Positions 10,876-22,087 of a stretch of DNA of 64,000 bases are shown here, one piece after another. A program made the translations under genes and the position numbers. The DNA is from Savitreella phatthalungensis (taxonomy: Eukaryota). The stretch covers positions 434,001-498,000 of the forward strand of contig AP039691.1 of NCBI GenBank assembly GCA_051599415.1, in the 5' to 3' direction. The notes under the pieces were generated by a model. It saw only the letters and a list, made by a program, of their open reading frames with translations, had not been told where the DNA came from and did not search any database. Positions within the stretch are counted from its first letter, which is position 1, and the number at the start of each line of letters is the position of its first letter.

Positions 10876-11708
10876 CGAGGGATCGATCGGACGAGGATGG
10901 CTGGTGTACGAGCGGATGTGTGTTGCAACCTGAAGCATGTCCGCAAAAGGTTCACAATCCTCAGATTTCCCGCAACAGTAAACGATCGCAGATGCTTAGA
11001 CAGGGACTTACATGGAGATATTGAAAGCATGATGAAGAACCCATTTGCCAAATTTGCGAGGCGGAAAGTACGAATGGCGTGCTACACTGACACAACTCAT
11101 AGCGGTCGTATGCCTTGACTGACCGGGGTATCATTATACCAATCGAAGCTACGAGATTCCTCGATGAATCACTTTCCATCATGAACATGTGCTATGTCTA
11201 TCATGCAATCGCTGGGAGAAATGCTGTACAGAGAGAGCTATGTACTGTAGGTACTGCTACAGGCATCTGAATATGTGTGGACACATTGTCTGTCACTGAG
11301 CTCAGCAGGCGCCACGCATCACGTGTACTTTTTTGTTCGTAGAGAAATGTGGAAACTTCTTTCTTTTTTTTTGAAATTTAATTTAGATTTCAGTTCTACT
11401 AAAAGCCTAACTTAAAATTCTTTCTGATTGTCCATCATCTTAATTAAATGACTGATGGATTTGGCCAAAATGAGATTAATTGAGTTCGCCGCCAGTTGCA
11501 CGATCAGTTCTAAGGCCAGTAACCACAATTTCCTAACTCAGCCATCCTCATCGTCCTCCTCCACCACAACCACAACCACTACCACTACTCGCAACGACTG
11601 CTGTCCAGGACAACGATCATGCACTCTCAGCAGTCCCTTGGACCACTTCCACTTCATTAGACTGCCACTCACTCAAACACCTTGTTCTTCATCATCACTC
11701 ATTTAAGA

Positions 11709-12167
11709 ATGGCTCGTGAGCAGACTTTCATCGCTATCAAGCCTGACGGCGTTCAGCGTGGCCTCGTTGGCGACATCATCGGCCGGTTCGAGAAGAAGGG
11801 TTACAAGCTGGTGGCTCTTAAGCTCTGCACTCCTGGAAAGGAGCACCTCGAGAAGCACTACGAGGACCTTGCTGGTAAGCCATTTTACAACGGCCTCGTC
11901 TCCTACATGAACTCCGGACCGATCTGCGCCATGGTCTGGGAGGGCATCGACGCCGTCAAGACCGGCCGTACCCTCCTCGGTGCCACCAACCCGCTGGCTT
12001 CCGCACCAGGAACGATTCGTGGCGACTACGCCATCGCCGTCGGACGCAATGTCTGCCACGGCTCAGACTCTGTCGAGAACGCCAAGAAGGAGATTGCTCT
12101 GTGGTTTTCCGAGTCCGAGGTCCTCTCGTGGAACAACCACTCCGAGGCCTGGGTCTACGAGGACTAA
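11709..12167 (+). CDS. NDK1: Nucleoside diphosphate kinase
   Basis: [16 protein letters not shown]...[10 protein letters not shown]. Confidence 0.97.
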   Translation: MAREQTFIAIKPDGVQRGLVGDIIGRFEKKGYKLVALKLCTPGKEHLEKHYEDLAGKPFYNGLVSYMNSGPICAMVWEGIDAVKTGRTLLGATNPLASAPGTIRGDYAIAVGRNVCHGSDSVENAKKEIALWFSESEVLSWNNHSEAWVYED

Positions 12168-12351
12168 ACTCTAAGTCCCAGTCCCTCTAAGGGTCTACCT
12201 ACTCAGAAGACAGCGATCATCTAGACAGAAAAATATACATTGATGCTCGTTATGCGATCTGCGGTGCCTTTTGTAAGTATAGGGTTAAGAGACCAGGTGT
12301 CCAGAGTCGCAAAGTGATGTCGTGAAAGGTTAGATCAGGTGCCTGTGTGCT

Positions 12352-12741
12352 CTATAGCTCCCGTTGAGCTTCACGACCCCATCGCTTGCGTATCCGCTCG
12401 AAGCAGGTTCCGCAGACGGTGTGTGCCAATTTGGGCTTGCCGCATGCAGGGCAATTGTTGATATTGAGCTTGTCCTGGAGACCTTTTCCCGAGCTGCGCA
12501 TCCGAGTCTTCGAGTGTGACGTCTTCTTCTTCGGCACAGCGCGCCAGATAGATTCCCAAAGCTCCCCTAGCAATGATGCTGCAGAGGTTCCCGGCGTAAG
12601 GCTCAACCCGATCGTTCCGATTCCCTGCCATACCGCTGTCAGCACCAGCGGCAATGAGCCAGGGGCAGTCCCTCTCGACACCACGCCAATCGAATTTGTC
12701 GATACTCGAGCAATTGCACCGGCTCGTAGAGCAATCGACAT
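12352..12741 (-). CDS. MRPL32: Mitochondrial ribosomal protein bL32m
   Basis: Presequence followed by AVPKKKTSHSKTRMR...CPACGKPKLAHTVC. Confidence 0.9.
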   Translation of the reverse strand: MSIALRAGAIARVSTNSIGVVSRGTAPGSLPLVLTAVWQGIGTIGLSLTPGTSAASLLGELWESIWRAVPKKKTSHSKTRMRSSGKGLQDKLNINNCPACGKPKLAHTVCGTCFERIRKRWGREAQREL

Positions 12742-13104
12742 CCCTGAGCTCTCGTCGTGGCAGATCTACCAGACTTAAATAATGTCCTATGTTTTCTTGC
12801 GTCCACAAAATTAAAAGACTGAGATGTTGCCGGGTAATATTATCACAGAAATAGAAGCACGAGTAGTGACTCCCGAGCACCAAGATGCCGATATAGACAA
12901 ACGACTAATGACGCTTCCTTGCTCAAGGCTGTAGTAGCATATGCTAGACACTTTGGTCAGCTCCTATGAGACACACTTCTCAGACATACATGCATTGTGG
13001 ATAGAAAACATAGAACTGAATAGCTGATACACCGACCAGCTCCACTTCTTGCCGTCTCATCCTTGGCTTCACCTTCTGCTGCTTGAACAGAGCGTCATGA
13101 CGAC

Positions 13105-13611
13105 TTACTTGCTCGTCGGGGGTACAAGAGCGAAAGTGCTTTGAACGTGCCTGTTGTTGTAGACAGAAGCTGTCTCATCCCATCCTGGCACATTCTCCAT
13201 GATCTTCTTCTCGCGCGCCTGTGAAGCGAGGCGACGGCGAACATTGTCACGATCTGTCTCCGCCTGCAGAATTGGCGTCAGATGGAGACGCGACCACACG
13301 TTTTCCCTCTGCAGCTCCCGCTTCTCCTCTTGTCCCTAATTCGGTTAGCCTCTTGTGTCCAGTCTCACAGACAGTTCAGACTGTGACTTACCAAGCTCAA
13401 TTTGTAGAAGCCATATGTGCAGAAGACGCCCATGGCGAACAGGTAGTAGGATGGCCTAAATCCGCGAGCAGGTAGATTGCGCTTGTACTGGACTGGCGCG
13501 AAGCCGCCTGAGGAAAAGGTCAATATGCCGCAACGAGCGTTTCTCCAGAGATTACAACTTACCGCTAGGCGGCATATCCTGGATCGCGCCTCCAGGCAGC
13601 TGATTAGACAT
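13105..13611 (-). CDS. Complex I subunit NDUFA13/GRIM-19 (3 exons)
   Basis: Exons 13611-13563, 13507-13392, 13335-13105 with GTAAGT donors; [25 protein letters not shown]...WSRLHLTPILQAE. Confidence 0.92.
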
Positions 13612-13895
13612 AGCTGGCTGGATCTATGATCTGTATGGTTGAAAGCCCGACAACTTCTTCTTGACCGTCAATGTCCCTGTCGAGCACTACAATCGTTCGC
13701 TCGGTCAGGTCAGTCAATCATTCACCTACCTCGATCATTCGCGCTAAGCACTCAATGCAGGATTGATTACTCCAAAAGCAGAATGCACAATTTATGCTGG
13801 AGTGGACATTTGCCAGCACTCCATATGCCACAAGAAAGATCGTGTCAGCTCGATACTATCCGCTCGATGGTGCTTATTGCCGATGATGATGTTCC

Positions 13896-15206
13896 TCATG
13901 CAAAAGCTACTTCTAGAGGCAAGGTGAAAGAGCAGCAGAACATAGTTTTGCTCGGAGCGACCTTCCGTACCAAGTGATAGTCAATCTCTGCCGGAGTCAG
14001 CTTATAGCCGAGCGATGCAGAGGCTCGAGCAGCAAGATCTTCCTCCGCAGCAGAGCCTTCGCAATGTGTGAAGCTGTGAACATGCACTCGCGGCATCGTA
14101 ATGTTGGCCGTGTCGTCAATCTTCAGACCTGAGTACGCTCCTCTATACGCGCCAAGCATGTCGATCGCTGAAGCTGGCAAGTTCATAACGAAGTGCGAGA
14201 AGAACGCCGGTATGGTAATTGAACGTTCCGGCTGTGATCGTTTGACCCTTGGCAAGACTACTTCCTCGCCTCGCCGCGCATATAGTTGCTCAACTGCGTG
14301 CTTGACAAACACCAAACCGTCCATCTCTGAGGGCACGCACAGATGTGAAACTTTGTTCAGCTTGACGTTCTCTGCCAAGGATGCGTACGATTCTGGATTC
14401 AGATCATTGGCGTAGACGAGCACCTCCCGCTTTGCTGCCGGTATGGCGAAAGGCCCGACGCCCGCCATAACGTCGCACACAGCCTGCCCGGCCTTGAATA
14501 CATTACAGAGACGCTCATGTTCCGTGTGCAGCCGAGAGTTCCAGTAGACCTTTCTGAAGTCGAACCTGAACCGACAATTTTGTTCATGCTGCTCGACGTC
14601 GAAGATGGACTCGCCAGCAAGCACCTCCATGTCAAACGTGCGATATTTTGTATCGATCGTGTCCAGCTTGTTGACGACGGTACGAACGCCACCAGGCTTA
14701 TTCTTGTCGAGAATAACCTCGCCTATAAGCTGCTTGTATGGCAGAAATTGATCACGCAGATTCAAGTGAGCAATGTGCCCGACCATCGAGAATCCTGCAG
14801 GAGTCTCGTCGAGTAAATCCTCTGGCAGCACGCTGCGCAAGATCTGCTCAGCCGTCCAATTTGCATACTGCAGCTTGCCCGTATGCTTGACAATCTTGAT
14901 GTCGTTATGACGGATGTATGCCAGCACATCCTCACCCAACTTCTCTTCAAGATTCGCCTCATCTATGTCCTGTCGGAACACAATGCGGCGGCCTGTCTGG
15001 CTGGATGGCAGGGATGCAACGGGCTCGATGCCTGAGCGCCTGATCACCGCTGTGCCAGCAAGCTTCCTGAGCTCACCGACCTTCTTTGCGTCTGGGACCT
15101 CAGCAGCTATCAGCGGCACCTCTTTTACGAAGAAGTCTCGGTCCAATGCACGCATGGAACGATTCACAGGTGGAGCATCCCAAGCCGCATCGGCCGTGCT
15201 GCTCAT
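13896..15206 (-). CDS. TRM5: tRNA (guanine-37-N1)-methyltransferase
   Basis: GHIAHLNLR, VYWNSRLHTEH, DVMAGVGPFA, NDLNP, VMNLP; first ATG at 15206 (see finding on the CUG extension). Confidence 0.95.
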   Translation of the reverse strand: MSSTADAAWDAPPVNRSMRALDRDFFVKEVPLIAAEVPDAKKVGELRKLAGTAVIRRSGIEPVASLPSSQTGRRIVFRQDIDEANLEEKLGEDVLAYIRHNDIKIVKHTGKLQYANWTAEQILRSVLPEDLLDETPAGFSMVGHIAHLNLRDQFLPYKQLIGEVILDKNKPGGVRTVVNKLDTIDTKYRTFDMEVLAGESIFDVEQHEQNCRFRFDFRKVYWNSRLHTEHERLCNVFKAGQAVCDVMAGVGPFAIPAAKREVLVYANDLNPESYASLAENVKLNKVSHLCVPSEMDGLVFVKHAVEQLYARRGEEVVLPRVKRSQPERSITIPAFFSHFVMNLPASAIDMLGAYRGAYSGLKIDDTANITMPRVHVHSFTHCEGSAAEEDLAARASASLGYKLTPAEIDYHLVRKVAPSKTMFCCSFTLPLEVAFA

Positions 15207-15544
15207 TGTCCTGCAGAACCCCAGCGCAGATGCGCTTCTCCCGGACAGCGACGCAAGCACTCGCGGCACAAAGCGCGACAGGTTGATTTATCCAGCACAG
15301 ACCGACGTCCAAAGGTACTAGATTCTATATATCTCTCGAGAGCTCGACTTTGTCTTGTCGGCGCTGCATTCGAGCGGGATTTTTTTGAACATCTGCATAT
15401 GGCCCAGTATACTGTGTCTTTTTCACACTCAGGTTTCTCGAGGCAAGAATGACGAAGAAATATTAGGAAGCAGCATAGAGCCTGATGGAGCTCGTTGCTC
15501 ACAATTGTCGTGCGTATACATTCTACGTGACGCGGACAAGTATC

Positions 15545-16642
15545 CTAGTCAAATACGACCTTCTGTCCCGCAGGTTTAGCTTCCTTCTCGGCTACTTTTT
15601 TAGCCTGAGCGAGTTGCCACGAGTTATGCTGTGGGCGCAACGCTGCTTCACGCCGCTCTCTCCTGTTGCCATCGACAGGTATGATGGCATTTGCGCCTGT
15701 TGCTGTAGACTGAATGCCTCCACTGGCCCCTGAAGCTGCTGCGGCGGCAGCCGCCGCCTTTGCCTCTCTCTTCAATCGTCTCGCTTCTAACTCCTCCCAT
15801 TTCTCCCGCCGCTCCTTGACAAGATGGTTTGCTTTCTTGCCAAACTTCTGCTCGAGAATCTTCCGACGCGCTCGCTGACCACGTCGATTCTTTCGCTCTT
15901 TCTTTTGTGCTGGTCCTCGCTTGCCAGAGCCATCGCCATCGGCTGATTCGTAGCCTTCCTCGTCGGAGAACGAGCCTGGCAGGTACCCTGAGCTCAGTGC
16001 GGGCAAGAAAGCAGAAGTGTCTGGCTTGAGTGGAGCAACCTTTCTGGAAGCCTTGTTCTTCATAACATGGTCTGCTTCGTCTTCGGATGATGATTCTCCA
16101 TCGGGACTGCCGTCACTCTGCTTGTCACTCTGACTTCCACTTGTGGCCGCTGCGAGCTGAACGATGCGTGCTGTGGCATCCTTTGTGATCTTCGCTCCGA
16201 GCAGACGTGCGACAACATTCTTCATTGCGTCGAATGCATTTGCATGTGGCGAGGGATCAACATCGTCCTTGTGGATTCCTTGATCTGCCGCTAGCTCCTT
16301 GTCATGCTTCCATACAGCATACTTGGCTACCCAGCACGCGAGCTCGTCCAAGTTCACCCCCTTGGCTGCTTCAAGCTCCTCTTCGAGTCGACTGATTCGG
16401 GAAGCTCGATCCTGGTCGCCATCTTCGCCGACCGGCTCGTCTCGCACGCGCTTCAATCGCTTTGTCAGCTTCTGCATCTCCATCGTGCGGCTGGCCTTGA
16501 TAGCAGTCCGAGCGATTCGTTCTGGGCCACGTTCAGCGCGATCCGTCTGAGTGGCTGCCTTGACGGGCTCTCGCCCGGATGCATAGGCTGAAGTCTTCTC
16601 TCCGATCGTGATCTTAACATCCCCTCCCCTCTTGCGCTTCAT
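15545..16642 (-). CDS. BUD22: Bud22/SRFBP1-like ribosome biogenesis protein
   Basis: FLPALSSGY, RKNRRGQRARRKILEQKFG, HNSW, C-terminal GQKVVFD; likely ATG at 16642. Confidence 0.85.
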   Translation of the reverse strand: MKRKRGGDVKITIGEKTSAYASGREPVKAATQTDRAERGPERIARTAIKASRTMEMQKLTKRLKRVRDEPVGEDGDQDRASRISRLEEELEAAKGVNLDELACWVAKYAVWKHDKELAADQGIHKDDVDPSPHANAFDAMKNVVARLLGAKITKDATARIVQLAAATSGSQSDKQSDGSPDGESSSEDEADHVMKNKASRKVAPLKPDTSAFLPALSSGYLPGSFSDEEGYESADGDGSGKRGPAQKKERKNRRGQRARRKILEQKFGKKANHLVKERREKWEELEARRLKREAKAAAAAAAASGASGGIQSTATGANAIIPVDGNRRERREAALRPQHNSWQLAQAKKVAEKEAKPAGQKVVFD

Positions 16643-16774
16643 TCCTCTCTCCTGAAGTTTGGCGCGTATGGTGGTTATCCTAAAGAATCGAGTTTCAATC
16701 GAGTGCCTGAATTTCTGACGTCGTTGTTTGAGGGCACAAGACAGGTGTAATCGAGGAGACATCGGCGCAAGCAT

Positions 16775-17683
16775 ATGTCCTTCTCGTTTGGGTTTACAGG
16801 TGAGGACTACGATGACATTTCGATCGTCGGCCAGCCTGTGCGGCCATCGAACGGAATAGCCAGCACTGCAGTAGCAAAATCATGGTCCTTGGAAGAATTG
16901 ATGAAGTTCCTGCCACTGACATTGGCTTACGGGACAGTCTCAGGGCTTGATATTCCGCGGCGTGAGCTATGGGATCTGAAGCATCAGCTGATGGCAGAGC
17001 ATGACACGGTTGAAGAGGAAGATGCGTTGCGGTATCTTGGGTCTGACGACGTGATTGCTGGATTGTATGAGGGCGGATTCAAGACATGGGAATGCTCAGT
17101 CGACCTCGCTAGATTGCTGCAGACACAAACACCCGTTCAGACAATCCTCGAGCTCGGTTGCGGAAGTGCTTTGCCAGCATTGACGCTGCTCAAGACTGGA
17201 GGCACTAGAATTGTGCTCCAGGACTACAATGAGGCGGTGTTGCGTTACTTGACGCTTCCGAATGTATTACTCGCTTGGGCTGCATGTCGTTCGGGTGGAA
17301 ATTGGCAATCTGATGGCGAATTGAACGTGACAGACGAGATCAAGAGTGCTTTCGCGTCTGAGATGGGCGGCAGGCTAGAGTTCCTGTCTGGCGGATGGAG
17401 CTCCTACATGTCAAGCCTCGTGGGTAAGGTGGACTTGATTCTTGCGAGTGAGACAATCTACAACGAGGCAAGCTTGGCTGCCTTCTGCAGCATGCTGGAG
17501 GAGTGCTTGGCAGTACCACACGGGCAGGCACTCGTTGCAGCCAAGAAGATGTATTTTGGCGTGGGTGGCGGCATTCAGTCGTTCAAAGGCGTCCTGACTG
17601 ACCATCCGCTCGATTGTCAGACTATCTACGAAGCTAATGAAGGCGTTCGGAGAGCTATTCTGAAGATTACGAGGCGAATGTAA
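16775..17683 (+). CDS. HPM1: Histidine protein methyltransferase (METTL18 family)
   Basis: MSFSFGF, YEGGFKTWECSVDL, LELGCGSALP, QDYN, ASETIY, YFGVGGG. Confidence 0.9.
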   Translation: MSFSFGFTGEDYDDISIVGQPVRPSNGIASTAVAKSWSLEELMKFLPLTLAYGTVSGLDIPRRELWDLKHQLMAEHDTVEEEDALRYLGSDDVIAGLYEGGFKTWECSVDLARLLQTQTPVQTILELGCGSALPALTLLKTGGTRIVLQDYNEAVLRYLTLPNVLLAWAACRSGGNWQSDGELNVTDEIKSAFASEMGGRLEFLSGGWSSYMSSLVGKVDLILASETIYNEASLAAFCSMLEECLAVPHGQALVAAKKMYFGVGGGIQSFKGVLTDHPLDCQTIYEANEGVRRAILKITRRM

Positions 17684-17832
17684 GCTCAGCCGGGACAAGT
17701 TGCAGCTACAGCCCCGATGATCATGGTAAACGGGAGAGACGAAATAATGATGACGATGATGACTACGATGGCTCTACTGGTTTGCATCGAATCTTGTGAC
17801 AACTCATCGCCAGGCTGTCTGGCTGGTTGACT

Positions 17833-17883
17833 GCCTAGTTGTCCGCCTAATTGTCCGCCCAGTTGTCCGCCTAGTTGTCTGCC
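17833..17883. repeat. 12-bp tandem repeat, about 4 copies (GCCTAGTTGTCC)
   Basis: GCCTAGTTGTCC/GCCTAATTGTCC/GCCCAGTTGTCC/GCCTAGTTGTCT read directly. Confidence 0.85.
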
Positions 17884-18185
17884 GTGCCCATTCCCTGTAT
17901 CCAGCTATCGATCACCCACAGAGTGCATGATCATCAATCGAATCTTATCTGGGTTGATCAAATTATTCCAAAAACAGCTTGCAGTGCGTAAACGTACTAA
18001 TCTGCGAGCGTGTACCTGAAGACGTCCACCAAAATACTGAGCTAGCTGTCGTAGCAGCCTCAGTCAAGGCAGCCGCAGAGTATCTGAAAGGATTAAATCA
18101 GCGGCATCAACAGCAGGTTGTCTCACAGAAAGGAAACGAGAAGCATTCTCTAGCATCTACTAAATCACATCTCCAGCTTCAAGCA

Positions 18186-20498
18186 ATGCCGCACTCTCAC
18201 AGACCGACCACGAAGCACAAGCATAAGAGCTTCAAATCTGGGCATGCTTCCTCTCGCGTACTCAAGGACATTGCTAAGGGCCGTATTCAGCCGGACAAGA
18301 AATCGACAGGGGTCGTGAAGGTTCACACCAAAGCTGATAGACGCAACCTTGCCAAGCAGATCCAGAACAACAAGAAGCAGTCACTCAGGGCGCAAGGACA
18401 CATCTTCGGAGACGGTCGTGGAAGGTGCAGCCGTATCTGTGCAATTGTCCCTGTCTGTGGGGCTGATGCCCGTGCCTTCGTCATGACTCTGCGTCAGCAA
18501 TACGATCCTGATTCAGACTTAGACAACATCGTACACATTCCCAGTTTCAAGCAGCGGTTAGAGTTTCGCCTGCCGGCATCTACAACAGTCAGAGACTATC
18601 TCGATCTAGTAGCGTGCAGCGACTTTGTGATCCTGCTTGCTTCTGCCGAGGCAAATCTTGCCGAAAGTCCTCATGCTATGCGTATCTTGCGCTCACTTCA
18701 GGCCCAAGGTACTCCGACGATCGTCACAGCCTTTCAGGATCTGCACGGTGGTGTCGATAGCATGTTTCGACGCAGCGATAAGCAGGCTGCAGAGACTCGT
18801 AAGATGTGGGAGGACGACATCAAAACGCTCTTCCCAGCATCTTCGTCATTCAGCATGGAGTCGACCTCGGAGGTAGCACAGCTGGTCCGTTCGCTTTGTA
18901 CATCGACCCCGGAAAGCCCGTCGTGGCGGTACACACGCGGCTATGTGGTGGTCGAGCAAGCGACGATGACGCCAGACGGTGAATACGTTGTCGAGGGTGT
19001 CACCCGCGGCGAGCCACTCGATGTCAATCAGAGGATTTATCTTGATGGATTCGGCGATTTTGCCGTGTCGAGGATCAGCGCTGCTCCTCATGGGATCGAA
19101 GAGTCAGAAACCCTAGCTACAAGACAGGCGCCAGAAGAGGACATCCTTGACAGCGCAGATATCGATATTGAGGCTCTACCAGAACAGACGTCCCCGGAAG
19201 AACGGCTGAGAAGAGGCGTCCGGCTCGATGACCACTACTACGTTTCGGATGATGAGGACGAGGTGGCTGTCGAGAAGCGCTTACCGAAGGGCACAAGTTC
19301 ATATCAAGCAGCGTGGATCACGAATGAAACTGAGGCTCAGTCAGACGAAGAGCTTGCGGACACCGATGATAATGATGATAATGATAATGACGACGATGAT
19401 GAAGACGAAAACATGGCAGGCGATGATTTCGACACGGCTGCAGACGATGCCGAGATGGGCGAATCGGCATACGCTCCTACGACGATGGGCGGCGAAGGCG
19501 AACATGTTGATCTAAGCGAGGAAGAGAATGCACGACAGCTTGCTCGCTTCCGTGCTGAAATCGCCGACGACCAAGAGTTCCCTGACGAAGTAGACTGGGA
19601 CCCATCGATCCCAGCTCGTGACAGGTTCCGCAAATACCGCGGTCTAAAAGACTTCGGTCAGTCTGTCTGGGATCCCGAAGAGATCGAGCCAAATACGCCA
19701 AGCTGGTGGCGCAGGGTACTGCGTTTCGAGCACTACTCTACAATGCGCAATCGCTTGCTAAAGGTCAAGCCTGCACAGCCCGTTACTGCAGGCCGACGAA
19801 TCCGGCTGTACATCAAGGACGTCCCAGCACGTATCTCTACAGCTAGACAACCACTTGCTATCTGGTTCCTCCACCAATACGAGGATCGCCCGGCCGTTGT
19901 CAACCTTTCGATTCAACTCGAGCCAGATGTTGATCCAATCAAGAGCAAAGAAGAGCTGGTTGTACAGGTCGGCAGCCGTCGTTTCATGGTCAATCCAATA
20001 TTTTCGCAGCACGTCGCCACGACACGAAACGGCCTAGTGCGTTATGAGCGATTCTGTCAACCCGGCCGACGGTCCATGGCGAGCTTCACAGGACCATGTG
20101 TTCTCGATCGTGCAGGTCTGCCAGTCTTGTACTTCCGCCGCAACAGCGAGTCTACTAGTGGGGCTGGTGACCTTGAGCTCGTGGCGACAGGCAGCTTTGT
20201 CAATTGCGATCATGCGAGAATGCCAATCAAGCGCGTCCTGCTCACAGGCGAGTCCTTCAAGGTCCACAAGCGCGTCGTGACCGTTCGCTTCATGTTCAAT
20301 TCTCGCGAAGACGTGCGCTTCTTCAAGGCACTCAAGTTGCGAACGAAGGGCGGTCGAACCGGTTTCATCCGTGAGCCCCTCGGTACTCACGGATATATGA
20401 AGACAACATGGGATGGCCCACTGAAGGGTCAAGACACCATAGCAATGCCACTTTACAAGCGTATATATCCGCGCAAGGCAGACTACTTTGTAGATTAA
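18186..20498 (+). CDS. TSR1: 40S assembly factor Tsr1
   Basis: HSHR..K..HKSFKS N-terminus, FPDEVD, ARDRFRKYRGLK, EPLGTHGYMK, LYKRIYP; ATG at 18186. Confidence 0.93.
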   Translation: MPHSHRPTTKHKHKSFKSGHASSRVLKDIAKGRIQPDKKSTGVVKVHTKADRRNLAKQIQNNKKQSLRAQGHIFGDGRGRCSRICAIVPVCGADARAFVMTLRQQYDPDSDLDNIVHIPSFKQRLEFRLPASTTVRDYLDLVACSDFVILLASAEANLAESPHAMRILRSLQAQGTPTIVTAFQDLHGGVDSMFRRSDKQAAETRKMWEDDIKTLFPASSSFSMESTSEVAQLVRSLCTSTPESPSWRYTRGYVVVEQATMTPDGEYVVEGVTRGEPLDVNQRIYLDGFGDFAVSRISAAPHGIEESETLATRQAPEEDILDSADIDIEALPEQTSPEERLRRGVRLDDHYYVSDDEDEVAVEKRLPKGTSSYQAAWITNETEAQSDEELADTDDNDDNDNDDDDEDENMAGDDFDTAADDAEMGESAYAPTTMGGEGEHVDLSEEENARQLARFRAEIADDQEFPDEVDWDPSIPARDRFRKYRGLKDFGQSVWDPEEIEPNTPSWWRRVLRFEHYSTMRNRLLKVKPAQPVTAGRRIRLYIKDVPARISTARQPLAIWFLHQYEDRPAVVNLSIQLEPDVDPIKSKEELVVQVGSRRFMVNPIFSQHVATTRNGLVRYERFCQPGRRSMASFTGPCVLDRAGLPVLYFRRNSESTSGAGDLELVATGSFVNCDHARMPIKRVLLTGESFKVHKRVVTVRFMFNSREDVRFFKALKLRTKGGRTGFIREPLGTHGYMKTTWDGPLKGQDTIAMPLYKRIYPRKADYFVD

Positions 20499-20758
20499 GA
20501 TAACGTCATGTCACTGATCACTAAAGCTCTTATTGACAGCTCGCATCGATCGAAGGCTACCTGTCTCAGGAAGTGAATTAGTGCTCTTGTGTCTAATGTC
20601 TCCATCGAAGCTTGCCAAGTTTGCCCGGGTTGTAGTACCTGCCCATGTTACCCGTGGCGGGTGTCCAGGGGTGCCCACGGGTGACGTGCTTCAGCGGCTC
20701 CACAATTCATATGAAGATGAGCAACATTTTGCAGTGTCCGGACACAACTACTTCTAAA

Positions 20759-21967
20759 ATGTCTCGGAAGCTAGCGACTGAATTGGTCCATTTCGATGCG
20801 CCCGAGTCTGGCGGTGACCCGCATTTGGCCTCGATGGTACCTTTGTATCAGAGCGCGACGTTCAAGCAGCCGTCGGCCACTCAAATGGGTGAGTATGACT
20901 ACACACGTAGCGGCAACCCGACACGGTCGCAGCTCGAACGGCACATGGCAAAGATCATGCGAGCACGGCGATGCATGGCAATCAACAGTGGTATGGGCGC
21001 GATGGATGTGATCGTGAGATTGCTCAAGCCAGGAGATGAGGTGATCGCAGGTGACGACCTGTATGGCGGCACGAATCGCCTACTGAAGTACATCAGCGAC
21101 AACGGTGGTGTGAAAGTCCACCATTGCGACACGACTTCGGTAGAAGCTGTATCGAAGCTCGTCTCGGCAAAGACGACCATGCTGTTTCTTGAGACCCCGA
21201 CAAATCCGCTGCTGAAGATTGCCGATGTGCCGGCTTTGAGCGCTGCGGCGAAGAAGGCAAATCCTGATTGCATCGTCGTCGTCGACAACACAGTCATGTC
21301 GCCATTGTATCAGAGGCCACTCGAACTTGGTGCAGATATTCACTACGAGAGCGGAACGAAATATTTGAACGGTCATCACGACGTCATGTGTGGCATCATT
21401 GCGGTGAATGACCCTACACTGGAAGTCCGCCTCTTCCATGTCGTCAATGCCACAGGATCTGGTCTTGCACCTTTCGATTCGTGGCTGCTGTTGCGTGGTG
21501 TCAAGACACTAGCGATCAGGATGGAGAGACAGGCTGCGAATGCTCAAAAGGTGGCGGAATGGCTGGAGTCCAAGGGTTTCAAGGTCAACTTTCCAGGGCT
21601 GCCGTCTCATCCGCAGTATGCGCTACATAACAAACTTGCCACAGGCGCTGGCGCAGTCCTATCATTCGCAACGGGTGACCTCGCCCTCTCAGAACACATC
21701 ACAAGCGGCTGCACGCTTTGGGGAATTTCCGTGTCATTCGGTTGCTGCGATTCGCTCATCTCGATGCCTTGCCGCATGTCACATGCAAGTATCGATCCAA
21801 AGGTACGGAAGGAACGCAATCTGCCTGAAGACCTTATTCGTCTATGCGTCGGCATAGAGGATGTCGATGATCTTATTGACGATCTATCAAACAGTATTGA
21901 GGCGGCAAAGCAAGCTGTTGCGCAGGGCGCGAGCGCTGAGGGAGTCAATCATCCGACGGCAGACTGA
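20759..21967 (+). CDS. STR3: Cystathionine beta-lyase
   Basis: YDYTRSGNPTR, LETPTNP, ESGTKYLNGHHD (PLP lysine), ISVSFG, CRMSHASI. Confidence 0.9.
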   Translation: MSRKLATELVHFDAPESGGDPHLASMVPLYQSATFKQPSATQMGEYDYTRSGNPTRSQLERHMAKIMRARRCMAINSGMGAMDVIVRLLKPGDEVIAGDDLYGGTNRLLKYISDNGGVKVHHCDTTSVEAVSKLVSAKTTMLFLETPTNPLLKIADVPALSAAAKKANPDCIVVVDNTVMSPLYQRPLELGADIHYESGTKYLNGHHDVMCGIIAVNDPTLEVRLFHVVNATGSGLAPFDSWLLLRGVKTLAIRMERQAANAQKVAEWLESKGFKVNFPGLPSHPQYALHNKLATGAGAVLSFATGDLALSEHITSGCTLWGISVSFGCCDSLISMPCRMSHASIDPKVRKERNLPEDLIRLCVGIEDVDDLIDDLSNSIEAAKQAVAQGASAEGVNHPTAD

Positions 21968-22087
21968 TGTGTGCTGCAAATATAGGAATTTCCCGGTATA
22001 GCAATCGATACTCTGCATGCATTCTCAAAATGTCGTCATTCATATTTTTGGTGCCCAACCCGCCGACGCGAAGCCTGTAACACAGCA

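Noticed and set aside
10897..11188. Short ORFs and an intron-like GTAAGT...CAG on the minus strand
   Set aside because: No convincing branch point or protein-like product.
11658..11709. Non-AUG mitochondrial extension of NDK1
   Set aside because: An in-frame TAG at 11658-11660 leaves only a short extension that does not look like a presequence.
17833..17883. CRISPR-like array
   Set aside because: Contiguous 12-bp tandem repeats with no spacers, in a eukaryotic context.
17979..18185. ORF-track N-terminal extensions (TSR1; also TFA1, COG2, MRPS17, GUK1, BUD22)
   Set aside because: They lie upstream of the conserved N-termini and mostly begin at bacterial-style TTG/GTG starts; the downstream ATG was used instead.
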